A DNA stretch of 64,000 nt from a virus. Numbering within the stretch: position 1 is the first letter of the stretch; every line of letters starts with the position of its first letter. The stretch spans positions 26,883 through 90,882 of IMG/VR virus record IMGVR_UViG_3300005253_000031. One strand, 5' to 3'. The notes under the pieces are model-generated. The model searched no databases, was not told the DNA's origin, and worked only from the letters and a program-made list of their open reading frames with translations. A program made the position numbers and the translations under genes. This document shows, piece after piece, positions 45,848 through 55,257 of the stretch.

Positions 45848-46777
45848 TTAGTCTCCCTCCGTAAGCATTTTCATTCGGCTTTCAAGGAGCCGTACCCTTT
45901 CCTCAGATGCCAGCGCTCGTTTCTCCGACTCTCGAAATCTACCGTATAGCTGATTGAGCGCCCCATTATGCAACTGTTGAAGCCCGGTAACGTTTATCAG
46001 TCCCCCTTCCGCAAGAGGCGCTCCCAATATACCCGCGTCCACGAGGTCTTCCTCGTTGTACTTTAGGTAGTCGTCGAACTCCGACCTTATAAGTCCCTTG
46101 ACACCCGCATTGGACCGCGCGATGTCCACCGCCCTCACCATCTGCAAGTCGTCCGCCTCGTCGTATACCGTCACCGCGGCCGTGGTCGTACCCGCGTTCG
46201 CGTACAGGTTGCCGGCCCCGTCTACTATGAACTCGGCGACGCCCAGGTTAGCCACAACAAAAGCATTACCGCCGGCGGCGACCGCCGCAATACCCGTGCT
46301 GCCATCCGTAATCGCGCTCTGGATATGGACCACCCCTATACCCGCGGTTGTTTGATTTGTGTCTGCTGCTTCCCCCAGTCTGCCAATAAAATTTAGCGCA
46401 AACCCGGCGACCCCGTCCGCGTCCTTGAACCCGGCAATCGTCAAGCCTCCTGAAGTACCCTCCGCCTTCAGGATGTACCCGAAGGTGTCGTCCTCTGCTA
46501 CGGCGGTCATCGGGTGGCTCACGTCGCTGCTTTTGAAAGTCAGTATATGGTCGTCGTTTGCGCTCTGGTTTATGGTAATCCCAATGGACATCATCGTGTT
46601 TGTGTCTTCGTTCAGGAACAATATCCCGTCGCTTATCTTTGTGTTTCCGCTCCCCACGGCCTGCGGATTTATCACTAGATTCGTGCCGTCGTAGGTGAAA
46701 GTCGCGTCCCCCGCGTCGCCGAAAAACGAGCTTTGGTCGTCCCCCAGCCTGAATGTCTCTACTGCTAGCCTGCCCAT
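45848..46777 (-). CDS. Fibre/spike-like virion protein with C-terminal coiled coil
   Basis: Gly/Ala/Thr beta-rich body; LQQLHNGALNQL...RVRLLE tail. Confidence 0.5.
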   Translation of the reverse strand: MGRLAVETFRLGDDQSSFFGDAGDATFTYDGTNLVINPQAVGSGNTKISDGILFLNEDTNTMMSIGITINQSANDDHILTFKSSDVSHPMTAVAEDDTFGYILKAEGTSGGLTIAGFKDADGVAGFALNFIGRLGEAADTNQTTAGIGVVHIQSAITDGSTGIAAVAAGGNAFVVANLGVAEFIVDGAGNLYANAGTTTAAVTVYDEADDLQMVRAVDIARSNAGVKGLIRSEFDDYLKYNEEDLVDAGILGAPLAEGGLINVTGLQQLHNGALNQLYGRFRESEKRALASEERVRLLESRMKMLTEGD

Positions 46778-48924
46778 TACTCTAACACCTCCGTGATAAC
46801 GTTAAAGGGGATCGCCCGCGCAGCGCCCTCGTCCGCACTCTCCTGATACGTAAGCTTCCAGCTCTGATTGGTCGTAAACTGGTAGTCGAACGCCTGCTCG
46901 GCGCCAGCCACCACGAACACGGTTTCGTCATAGATTACATAGGTAGATCCGTCCACCTTCATGTGCAGGCGAACGGTGCCGTTCAGCGTCATCGTCGTCA
47001 GATCGAAGTTTACGGTGATCCTGCGCCTCGTGACCGCCGTGTCCTCCACCACCGTCTGCTCACCGCCCGCGTCGAGGTAGGAGAACGGCCCGGCGGTCTC
47101 CGCCGAGTCCACCAGGTTATGGACCAGCGCCAGGTCCGCGGCTATGTTGTCGGTACCCAGTCCCCCGCCGGCGTCCACGTAAGCCGCCCCCAGGACGTCA
47201 TACAGGGACTTGCCGATGGCCAGCCTGGTACCGCTGCTGTTGCGGCCCGTCAGGTACTCCACCATCGGGTTGCCGTTGTTGAACTCGCTGGACTGGTTGC
47301 CGAAGATCTCGGTCTTCACGTCCCCGATGTCGCCCGCCAAGGTTATGGACAGACCCGTCGTCGTGGACTGAACGGCCAACTCCAGCAACAAGGAGAAAAC
47401 CCCCTGCCCCAGCACGTTGAGTGCGTTGAAGGAGAAAGCACAGCCGTAAAAATACCGGTTACCGGAAATCTCCACGCCGTCCACGCCCACGCCCGCGCCA
47501 CCGTCGGGCTGGCGTTTGTAGAGCAGCCCAATTAGCACGTCGGTGTTGGCGTCCGACGTCTCGAAGACGTGGAAGGTCTCGGTGACGTCCGCGTCGCTCA
47601 TGTCCAAAGTATTGAACGTGGTCCCGGCGTCTGCCACCGTATTAGCTCCTACGGCCAAACCGGTGAACCCGTGGGCCCCGATCCCCAGTACCGTCGCCTT
47701 TACCTCGGGTATGCCGTTCGCCACGGTCTTGGCCGCGGCGTCACCACCGTCGGTGCCCATCTGCAAGAACGTAGCCGCCGTAGCGTCTACGCACAATACG
47801 TCGCCCTGGAACAACAATACATGCGCGAGGTTGGACGTGGTCCAAACCGTGCCGTTGTCCGTTCCGCACACGACCACGTTGTACTCCGGGAAATTGGGAA
47901 AATCCGGCGCGTCCGCCTGGGTGATCGTATGCACCGAGCCCAATTTCTGCATGGCCGCTAGCAGCGCGGCGTTGTGCGCGTTTATAGACCCAACCGCCTC
48001 GGGTATGATGAACAGGAAATGAACGGTCTGGTGCGTCCCGTCGAGGTCCCCCAGCACGGATGCCCCGTCGTCAAAGCCGAAGGTATGCGCGGCCGATCCG
48101 TCGGCGCCCAGCGCGTCCACCAGGGACTTGCCCGCGCCCAGGGAGGCGCCCGCGGCCGCGTTCAAGGTGCCGTCGACCACCCTCTGGGCCACGGCGTTTA
48201 TGTCGTTTACAAGGGCCTTCATATAGGCCATAAGCGACGACACCGTATCCACCGTCACGACCTCGCCATCCGCCTTGTTGCCCACCACGTCGCTCATCAC
48301 AACATTGTCGTTGACGTCCGCCACGGGGACGTCGTGGAAGGCGTCGATCGTATCGATCTTGGACTCTATGCCCACTTCCTGGGACACCCGAAAGCTCTTG
48401 CGTATCACGGGCAGTTCGGACGTGCTTGCGCCCACGGTGGCTGTGATGCCAGTGAACTCTATGTACCCCAGATCGCCGTCCACCCAGTTGCCGCCGGCCG
48501 AGAAATCCACCACGGCCGATATGACGCCCGTGGCCTCGGTCGAGGCGGTGGACGATATGATTTCGGTGTCCGAACCGGCCCGTACCCTGTGCACGGTAAA
48601 CGTGCCCGGCACGGTCTCCCCGTCCGTGAGTATATTCCCGCCGAAGTTCACCAGGTACACGGCGTAGCGCACGGCGGAGTCGTCCGGCTGCACGAGCACG
48701 TTGCCCACCGGTCCCAAGGGGAACACCACCTCGTTGACGGCGCCGCCGACCAACGAATTCAATATGCCCTTCACGTACGCCATGAGCGACGTCGAGGTAT
48801 CCACGGCTGCAACCGCAGCATCAGATTTATTGCCGACTACCTCTTTAGATAGAACGTTGTTACTTGAATCCGCTGCGGGAACCTTCTCATCGCCGGGGTG
48901 TATGCCACCGCTTCCAATTGCCAT
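46777..48924 (-). CDS. Acidic virion structural protein with internal repeats
   Basis: VVGNKSD...SLMAYVK and VVGNKAD...SLMAYMK; GKSLVDALGA and GKSLYDVLGA. Confidence 0.55.
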   Translation of the reverse strand: MAIGSGGIHPGDEKVPAADSSNNVLSKEVVGNKSDAAVAAVDTSTSLMAYVKGILNSLVGGAVNEVVFPLGPVGNVLVQPDDSAVRYAVYLVNFGGNILTDGETVPGTFTVHRVRAGSDTEIISSTASTEATGVISAVVDFSAGGNWVDGDLGYIEFTGITATVGASTSELPVIRKSFRVSQEVGIESKIDTIDAFHDVPVADVNDNVVMSDVVGNKADGEVVTVDTVSSLMAYMKALVNDINAVAQRVVDGTLNAAAGASLGAGKSLVDALGADGSAAHTFGFDDGASVLGDLDGTHQTVHFLFIIPEAVGSINAHNAALLAAMQKLGSVHTITQADAPDFPNFPEYNVVVCGTDNGTVWTTSNLAHVLLFQGDVLCVDATAATFLQMGTDGGDAAAKTVANGIPEVKATVLGIGAHGFTGLAVGANTVADAGTTFNTLDMSDADVTETFHVFETSDANTDVLIGLLYKRQPDGGAGVGVDGVEISGNRYFYGCAFSFNALNVLGQGVFSLLLELAVQSTTTGLSITLAGDIGDVKTEIFGNQSSEFNNGNPMVEYLTGRNSSGTRLAIGKSLYDVLGAAYVDAGGGLGTDNIAADLALVHNLVDSAETAGPFSYLDAGGEQTVVEDTAVTRRRITVNFDLTTMTLNGTVRLHMKVDGSTYVIYDETVFVVAGAEQAFDYQFTTNQSWKLTYQESADEGAARAIPFNVITEVLE

Positions 48925-48936
48925 TGTTTTTACCTC

Positions 48937-49566
48937 TTAGAGTCCGAAAACCCACCAACGAAGTTTTGGAGTCTCTGGGTTAGTAACGTTTATAAAACTT
49001 ATTCGAGCTACGGCACGTATGTTGTCTTCGACCATAGATTCCCCTGCGTCTAGCCGTACCGTATGACTTCCCGACGAGGCATCTCCATCGATTCGAATAT
49101 ATACGTCCAAATCTGTAATTATTCTAATCTTACGGATTTCCTCAGCCCGAGAGCTTTGATGGCCTACACCTTTATCCACCGTATAGGCTTCACCCGTCTG
49201 CCAGTCATCGCTAGTTCCCCCAGACAAGACGCCCGTTATCGTAGTGGAGGTAACAGCGGTAATCGTTGCACTAGAGCCATCCGGAGTATTGTTAACCGTA
49301 TCTCCGACCTCTACCCCCTTATCCAGGAAGTCCCCTGCCGAGTCCGTCAAAACCGCTGCACCGGCTCCACCGGTATGCGTCCCCGTTGCAAATGCCGACA
49401 AGTTCTCGAACCGCCGTAGGGCACTTACCTTTACTAGCGTTTCATCTACATCAGTAGTAGCTAGGGTGGTTTCATCCCCAATGAAAAAGGGTAGCGTGGT
49501 AACGGAGTCCTTTACGTGTCTCGGATAATCTATCTGATCGGGATTTCTAATTCCTGGTAATGACAT
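48937..49566 (-). CDS. Virion protein with one copy of the GTHxG repeat module
   Basis: ATGTHTGGAGAAVLTDSAGDFLDKGVEVGDTVNNTPDG...GGTSDDW. Confidence 0.55.
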   Translation of the reverse strand: MSLPGIRNPDQIDYPRHVKDSVTTLPFFIGDETTLATTDVDETLVKVSALRRFENLSAFATGTHTGGAGAAVLTDSAGDFLDKGVEVGDTVNNTPDGSSATITAVTSTTITGVLSGGTSDDWQTGEAYTVDKGVGHQSSRAEEIRKIRIITDLDVYIRIDGDASSGSHTVRLDAGESMVEDNIRAVARISFINVTNPETPKLRWWVFGL

Positions 49567-49599
49567 CTACTTCACCTCAACGAGGGAATCGTCCTCATC

Positions 49600-50163
49600 T
49601 CATTTGTCTAGCTTGTTTAGTATAGCCGATACTCCTTTGAGAATACTCGGTCCCTTGGACATGCGATTTATCGGACCATTCATTATTGACGCCACCACTC
49701 CGTGCAGCTTCTCCCAACGCCCCGGATGATGGGGATCTCTCGCCATTTCACTCCAGGCAACTTTAAGTGCTTGTTTGCCCGCAGGATCCTCTACGGTTGG
49801 ATATAACTGATATACCGCGTCTTTAACAGCGGATATATCTCCCCCTTCTTTCAGGTCTCCTATGGCGCTTAGGGTGTTGCGCTCGTGCTCAAATCGCTGT
49901 GGTTTAACTGTGGGCGCTTGTCCTGCTGAACCGCTGGGTTTCGTCCATCGATGACTTTGTGTATCCCACTGCAATCCGGGCCTAGGCGGAGGGCCTGGAG
50001 GTCCCTGCTTTACCAGTAGTTTACTCACGCCGTTTAATATTGCTTGTCCATTCATTTTCTTCTCCACCTTGGCCTTAATCGAACCACAGTAACTCTCCGG
50101 ACTATCTTTATCCTGATTCTTACTTACGCAATCTGCGAAATTGCGATATGATCCCACGGGCAT
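49600..50163 (-). CDS. Putative internal head protein with GPPGPPPRPG motif
   Basis: Shares KQGPPGPPPRPGLxW...RW with the 1241-aa head protein. Confidence 0.55.
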   Translation of the reverse strand: MPVGSYRNFADCVSKNQDKDSPESYCGSIKAKVEKKMNGQAILNGVSKLLVKQGPPGPPPRPGLQWDTQSHRWTKPSGSAGQAPTVKPQRFEHERNTLSAIGDLKEGGDISAVKDAVYQLYPTVEDPAGKQALKVAWSEMARDPHHPGRWEKLHGVVASIMNGPINRMSKGPSILKGVSAILNKLDK

Positions 50164-50179
50164 TTTCGCTTACCTCATA

Positions 50180-50217
50180 TAACAAAACCCCACTACCAGA
50201 TTAGCGGCAATGGGGTC
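50180..50217 (-). terminator. Intrinsic terminator
   Basis: GACCCCATTGCC-loop-GGTAGTGGGGTT followed by TTGTT. Confidence 0.6.
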
Positions 50218-50275
50218 TAAAAAGATCTCCCTGTTACACGTCTAACCTGGGGTTCCAACGTATCCGATGTGTTAT

Positions 50276-50635
50276 CTATCTAATGGGGATTGATTCGTCG
50301 CCCTCGTAATCCTCTTGGACGTCCTCAATAAACCTCTCGTATAGTGCCAAATGGATAAGCTCCAAACTTTCGGAGACATCTAGAACTTCAAACGCCTTGA
50401 GGATAATATCCCGCACGACTGGTCCCAATTCAATTTTCTTAGGTCCTGCCTCTGCTTCGGCCTTGTCATCCCAACGATAAGAGTTTTCCTCTACTCCTAA
50501 ACTCAGGTTTTCATGTTCCGCCTCGTTAAATCCCAATTCCTCACGAGCCTGTCTAATCAATCTAAGAGTTATCAAATTTCCCTGACTAGGCATGATGCTC
50601 AACAGCATCAATCGTTCTTTTACGCTAAACTTCAT
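50276..50635 (-). CDS. Hypothetical protein (paralog A)
   Basis: Aligns end to end with 50650-51045. Confidence 0.6.
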   Translation of the reverse strand: MKFSVKERLMLLSIMPSQGNLITLRLIRQAREELGFNEAEHENLSLGVEENSYRWDDKAEAEAGPKKIELGPVVRDIILKAFEVLDVSESLELIHLALYERFIEDVQEDYEGDESIPIR

Positions 50636-50649
50636 GAAACACTTCCTTC

Positions 50650-51045
50650 CTATCTTATGGGTGTCGGCTCGTTCCTATTTTCACCGTCATCCTGCGTGTT
50701 TTCTATGAAGCGCTCATAGAGGTCTAGCGCTTCCAGTCCTAGCTGCTTGTTCGAGTCCAGCTCGTGAAACCGCTCCTCCACCAGCGCGTGAATCCGGCTC
50801 CCCACCCTGATCGTCTTGAGCCCGGCTGTGGCCTCCGCGTCGTCGTCCCAGGACACGCCCTGCCCCTCGGGCCCGGGGCGCAAGTTAAGGCTCCTCTGCT
50901 CCTCTTCAGAAAAGCCGAGGTCCTCCCTAAACTCGCGGATCAGCTTCAACGAATACACGTCCCCCTGCTGCGGAAGCAGGTTCAGCATAACCACGCGGTC
51001 CAGGGTGCTGAACTCCATCTCTCGATTAAGTGTGTCTTTACCCAT
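50650..51045 (-). CDS. Hypothetical protein (paralog B)
   Basis: SD AAGGAG; LLPQQG...LGFSEEE...WDD...LYERFIE. Confidence 0.6.
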   Translation of the reverse strand: MGKDTLNREMEFSTLDRVVMLNLLPQQGDVYSLKLIREFREDLGFSEEEQRSLNLRPGPEGQGVSWDDDAEATAGLKTIRVGSRIHALVEERFHELDSNKQLGLEALDLYERFIENTQDDGENRNEPTPIR

Positions 51046-51056
51046 GTCGTTTCTCC

Positions 51057-51254
51057 TTAAACGTCCGTCTCCACGATATTCACCCAGACCCGAATAGTCC
51101 ACTTTTTACCTACCGGCACCTGAGCATTCAGCATCTCAACGCCAGCTGGCGTAGTCTCTATTTTGAGAAACTGGCCGGCAGCGAGCAGTTCTGAGGCTGC
51201 ACCTCTAAAATCCGTTCGGTTGGTCTTTTCTTCATTTAGCAGAACAGTACCCAT
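51057..51254 (-). CDS. Small beta-rich protein
   Basis: ORF track; SD GAGG. Confidence 0.5.
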   Translation of the reverse strand: MGTVLLNEEKTNRTDFRGAASELLAAGQFLKIETTPAGVEMLNAQVPVGKKWTIRVWVNIVETDV

Positions 51255-51266
51255 ATAAACCCTCTC

Positions 51267-52052
51267 CTAGCTCACTATTACTGGATAAGCATACAAGTAC
51301 AGGACGTTCCCGCCGACAATAACCCTAATCGACGCGTCTGGCTCGGCGGCCGACTGACCGCTAAAGCTGGCGTTATAGGCGCAGAATCCCTCGATGTTGA
51401 GCTTGAGGAAGTTGGTTATCGTGCCCGGCTGGTTTACGTATATGGCGTTGGTGATCGTCTGTGCGCTATTGCACTCGATGTAGATTGACTGCGTCAGCGT
51501 CCCGCCGCGGTGGCTCAGGAAGAGCGCTGCGTCCTTTCCGGCTCCCGAACCCGTGGTTACAACGACAATGCCCCAGAGGTTTCCGGTGACCGTGCTCGAC
51601 CCAGAGTTCATGGTCAGGCCCATCACCGCTGCCTCGCCACCTACCGTAACGGCCCCGGTAAAGTCGACCTGGCCCTGGTAGACGTACGCGTCCTGAAGGT
51701 TTACGCCGACAGACACGTTCCAGTCCGAGCACTTCAGCCGGATGTTCGCCATCGCCTGTGTGTCGTGGGTGATCAGCTTGTAGCTGCCGTTTATCGTGCT
51801 CGAGTTGCCCGGGTTCACTCCGATGATGTTCAGGTTCAACTGAAGCGGATCAAGGTTCTGGTCGCTCCCAGCACCAATCGTAACGTCCTTCTCGGTGACC
51901 CTCGTTCCAACGCTGAAGGCGCGGTCGGTACGGGTTGAGTCGGGAACCAGCAAAGTCTGGGTAACAACCTCACCCGCTGTAAGATCAATGCCGCCCGCCA
52001 CGATTACAAATGCATTTCCTGCAATGCCGTCTAAGCCTGTATATGTTGCCAA
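51267..52052 (-). CDS. Beta-rich virion protein (head fibre/decoration candidate)
   Basis: Gly/Thr/Val-rich; structural module; TTG start behind GGAGG. Confidence 0.5.
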   Translation of the reverse strand: MATYTGLDGIAGNAFVIVAGGIDLTAGEVVTQTLLVPDSTRTDRAFSVGTRVTEKDVTIGAGSDQNLDPLQLNLNIIGVNPGNSSTINGSYKLITHDTQAMANIRLKCSDWNVSVGVNLQDAYVYQGQVDFTGAVTVGGEAAVMGLTMNSGSSTVTGNLWGIVVVTTGSGAGKDAALFLSHRGGTLTQSIYIECNSAQTITNAIYVNQPGTITNFLKLNIEGFCAYNASFSGQSAAEPDASIRVIVGGNVLYLYAYPVIVS

Positions 52053-52084
52053 AATTGTCCTCCCCTAGGCAAACACCCTAGGTC

Positions 52085-52774
52085 TCATTTTTGAAAGGCT
52101 GAGAGTACCTTACTTAATGTAGCCTCTACATCTTCTACTTCATGTTCCCATATAATCACACTTTCATAGCCGTATAAGCTGAATTCCTCTTGTCGTTCCT
52201 GAACGTTTTCTGGATTTTTACCCTTGTTGAGGAAACATGTAGGACAACTGTGCCAATAACAACCATAAAGATCTACAACTCGAGTATTGCCATTCCAGAA
52301 ATCCGGTCTCTTTCCATTTATGATAAGACTGTGTTTTCCCGACCCGCTATATCTAAATCCGAGAGGTTCAATAATTTTCAATAACTTGCCCTCGGGGATA
52401 TTAATCTGGGTCGTACGGGTCATTCGTTTAACAAGTTCGGGATCACACCAAATAGCTTTTGAATGCTCGCGTGTTTTACGACGTTGCTCTTCAGTTCCGC
52501 GTCCCGCCCGTATCTTAGCGCTAATCTCAGCATTTCGTTCAGGATCCGCCCAACGTGCCAACTTTTCAGATCTACCGCCCGGATTGGGAGATGCCTTTAA
52601 AGCCTTCTTTTGTTGTTCCGCAAACACGGGATCTCGCCAGTTAGCTTTCATAGACTCGGAGATACTGTTCCGCTTGGCATGTATACCCTCAATACGTTTC
52701 CGCCGTATCTCTGGGTCTTGCCACTGCTTGCGAGAAGCCTCACTAATCTTCCGTCTACGTTCCGCTTCGCTCAC
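52085..52774 (-). mobile_element. Free-standing homing endonuclease (NUMOD3-like plus Vsr/DUF559-like)
   Basis: W(Q/R/A)DPE repeats; KRPDF...DLYGCYWHSC...IIWEHE. Confidence 0.75.
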
Positions 52775-52835
52775 TTAGCTATGTTCCCTTCTCCCCGCTA
52801 AACACGCGGGCCCCAATATAGCGCGGGGATCGCTA

Positions 52836-53273
52836 CTATTCTGATTCGTTGGGATTGCGATCCGTCCAGACAACCTTTGAGCCGTCCTTCAGAATAACCG
52901 CCTCTGCCCGTTTCAACTGCTCTGGGAATTCCAGCATTCTGGATAACGCTACTAGACAGGTGTGATACGCGATTTCATCGTTTCCAAACAACTCTACGCG
53001 CTTTATGTCGTTGGTCCACTGTCGTGTTCCCGGTACTCTAAACTTCTTGTTGGAGTGGATGGGTGGATCGAACTCAAACACAAAGCGATATTTGATAGAA
53101 TTTTCCCCGGTTAGAACTCCGTAAGCATTTCGTTCAACTTGGCGACCTTCGCCATCCGAGTATCCCTCGACCATCTCGGGTTCGCTTTCCTTAACGGTCT
53201 CGGTTTCTGCTATCAGCTTGGCCAAATCTTCTACAATCTCGCCTCTGTCTTCTATTCGTTCGCTATTAGACAT
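52836..53273 (-). CDS. Hypothetical protein
   Basis: ORF track; SD AAGGAG. Confidence 0.5.
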   Translation of the reverse strand: MSNSERIEDRGEIVEDLAKLIAETETVKESEPEMVEGYSDGEGRQVERNAYGVLTGENSIKYRFVFEFDPPIHSNKKFRVPGTRQWTNDIKRVELFGNDEIAYHTCLVALSRMLEFPEQLKRAEAVILKDGSKVVWTDRNPNESE

Positions 53274-53291
53274 TGCTAGGTCTCCTTTCGC

Positions 53292-53765
53292 TTAATAGGT
53301 CCTGAAGTCACTATCTCCGCTAAATACATCGGGCATCCACCCTAAATATACGCCCCAGTCAGCGCTCTCCGTAGACGCCGTCGCACGCAGCATCACGGCG
53401 TATACGCTGTCGTCCTTACGAAGTCCGTTTATAGCCAGTGTCAACGTTATGTTCTCGAAGATCTCAGTGGTCTGCGTGTCAACGGCCACCGCTGCGGCTA
53501 GCGCCGTCAGGGTACCCGCTCTATTGCGGCTAATGGTAAGGTCTGCATCTGCGTCTGGGAGGTCCACTGACATTACCCGCAGGAAGCGAATTATAACGTC
53601 TACCTCGCAGTCTAGGACGTGGTGATTGCTTGAAACAGCTCCCGCGGCGCTAGACGGCTCCCAATGGGAGGCTACCGCTTGCCTAAGAACCTCGGCACCT
53701 TTACCGTGATCATCAGAGACGGTTTGGGCAGTTGTATACCTTTCTTTTACTGTGTGGTCTGCCAT
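53292..53765 (-). CDS. Putative capsid decoration/cement protein
   Basis: Beta-rich; first structural-looking gene after the MCP insertion block. Confidence 0.35.
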   Translation of the reverse strand: MADHTVKERYTTAQTVSDDHGKGAEVLRQAVASHWEPSSAAGAVSSNHHVLDCEVDVIIRFLRVMSVDLPDADADLTISRNRAGTLTALAAAVAVDTQTTEIFENITLTLAINGLRKDDSVYAVMLRATASTESADWGVYLGWMPDVFSGDSDFRTY

Positions 53766-53839
53766 GACTTACGCTCCGAGCTTTCGCTCTACCCTCTGCG
53801 TTCCCGCGAGTTGCTGGGTAGCTTATTTAACTCTCAGGT

Positions 53840-54139
53840 CTAAATTGTTGGGGTATGGTTTAGGGTGTCAAAACGACCCGCGATTCCATACCATTTCTGC
53901 ATCCAATCTGTTAGCTCTTCGGGATTCTCTCTATTTGCTTGTTCATTTTCCACCACCGTGGGTAAGTCTCCAAGAAGAATTCTGGCGGCGTTGAGTTCCG
54001 CAAACGAGAGAGTCGTGTTCACCAGTTTTGGTTCCTTTTTATTGATCCAACCCTTCTGTCCGAACTCGCCGTAGTCTACCTCGTAGGGCTTGTTGAACCT
54101 ATACCATTGACGTAGGAACCATCCTTTAACTGTCTTCAT
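53840..54139 (-). CDS. Hypothetical protein
   Basis: ORF track; SD AAGGAG. Confidence 0.45.
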   Translation of the reverse strand: MKTVKGWFLRQWYRFNKPYEVDYGEFGQKGWINKKEPKLVNTTLSFAELNAARILLGDLPTVVENEQANRENPEELTDWMQKWYGIAGRFDTLNHTPTI

Positions 54140-54142
54140 GAA

Positions 54143-54412
54143 TTACTCCTTTACATCGTTAGGATAACACTCATTACATGCGCCGTCAGGCCCAGTACAA
54201 TTACAGGTTTGTCGTAGCTTGAAAACTATGCTGCCATCACCAGATCCCCCTGAAACTAGATCATAGCCTTCTTCATCCATGTTGGTTAATACAGCTTCTA
54301 GGTCTGTAGCATTGGATACATACGCAGGCGCTTCGCTATCTCTAGTCCAGTCAATGTCAAATCGTTTACGTAGTGCGTACACAGTACCTGCAATGAACTT
54401 CTGTTTGCTCAT
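54143..54412 (-). CDS. Hypothetical protein
   Basis: ATGA overlap with the HNH gene. Confidence 0.45.
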   Translation of the reverse strand: MSKQKFIAGTVYALRKRFDIDWTRDSEAPAYVSNATDLEAVLTNMDEEGYDLVSGGSGDGSIVFKLRQTCNCTGPDGACNECYPNDVKE

Positions 54413-55086
54413 CGTTGCTCCTTTCTAGCTAACTCTATTGGCCACAGCTCTCTGCGATGTCCACCCTGGTGGCACTTACTGCAAAGGGTTACAACGTGGC
54501 TCTCATCTCTACAGGTGGCGTCATAACAGAGGTGGTGTACCTCTAGACGCTTTCCCGGCTTGTCGCATGCTAGTACACACTTGTTACCGTCGCGCTCTAG
54601 GATGCTGTTTCTTAACGGTATCCAATCGTTACCGTAGGGGTCGCCTGTGTGCGGCCAGTCCACACGTAACTTGAACTTATTGGTTGTCTTAGCCTGACAG
54701 CTTGTACTACAGTATCTAACTCTCGCCAGTGACGGCGGGGTGTCAACTACGTTAATGCAGCCATCGGCTAAACACTCGCGAATTATATGCTCCTTGCGAT
54801 TCCAGGCCGGTTTGCCTGTCGGGAAATGTAACCCAACCTTTCTCCCCCGCTTCTTCTGCCCGGGCTTTCCCCCAAGAGCTTCTCTTTGTTTCTCGGCCCA
54901 TTCGGGATCTTCCCATTTATCCGCCATATAGTCGGTGGATTTACCCTTGTTCCACGGCATGTGGCCTCTATCATATCTATGGGGTGGCGTATGCCTTCCA
55001 TTAGTACAGCCGTTTTCAACGCCTACGCAATCGTGCTTTATACTCTTGCGATTTTCAACCTTCCAGGTTTTACCTTTCGTTCCCAT
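54409..55086 (-). mobile_element. Free-standing HNH homing endonuclease
   Basis: PWNKG, YCSTSC, ILERDGNKC...LEVHH...VTLCSKCH. Confidence 0.8.
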
Positions 55087-55257
55087 TGTACTCCCTTCCA
55101 CTCAAGTTATTACTTACATTATACCCCAAAGAGAAGGATCAACGAACGTTAGGAAAATTGCCTTAATGCCTGCGAGCAAATCAATGGTTAATTTAGGACG
55201 TATTAGCGGGGGCTAAATGTGTCGCACCACCCAGCCCCTTTAGCTATTTAGGATAGT

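Noticed and set aside
37488-48852. Long plus-strand ORFs such as 37488-38435 and 47974-48852
   Set aside because: Antisense shadows of GC-rich minus-strand genes, with no motifs or SD
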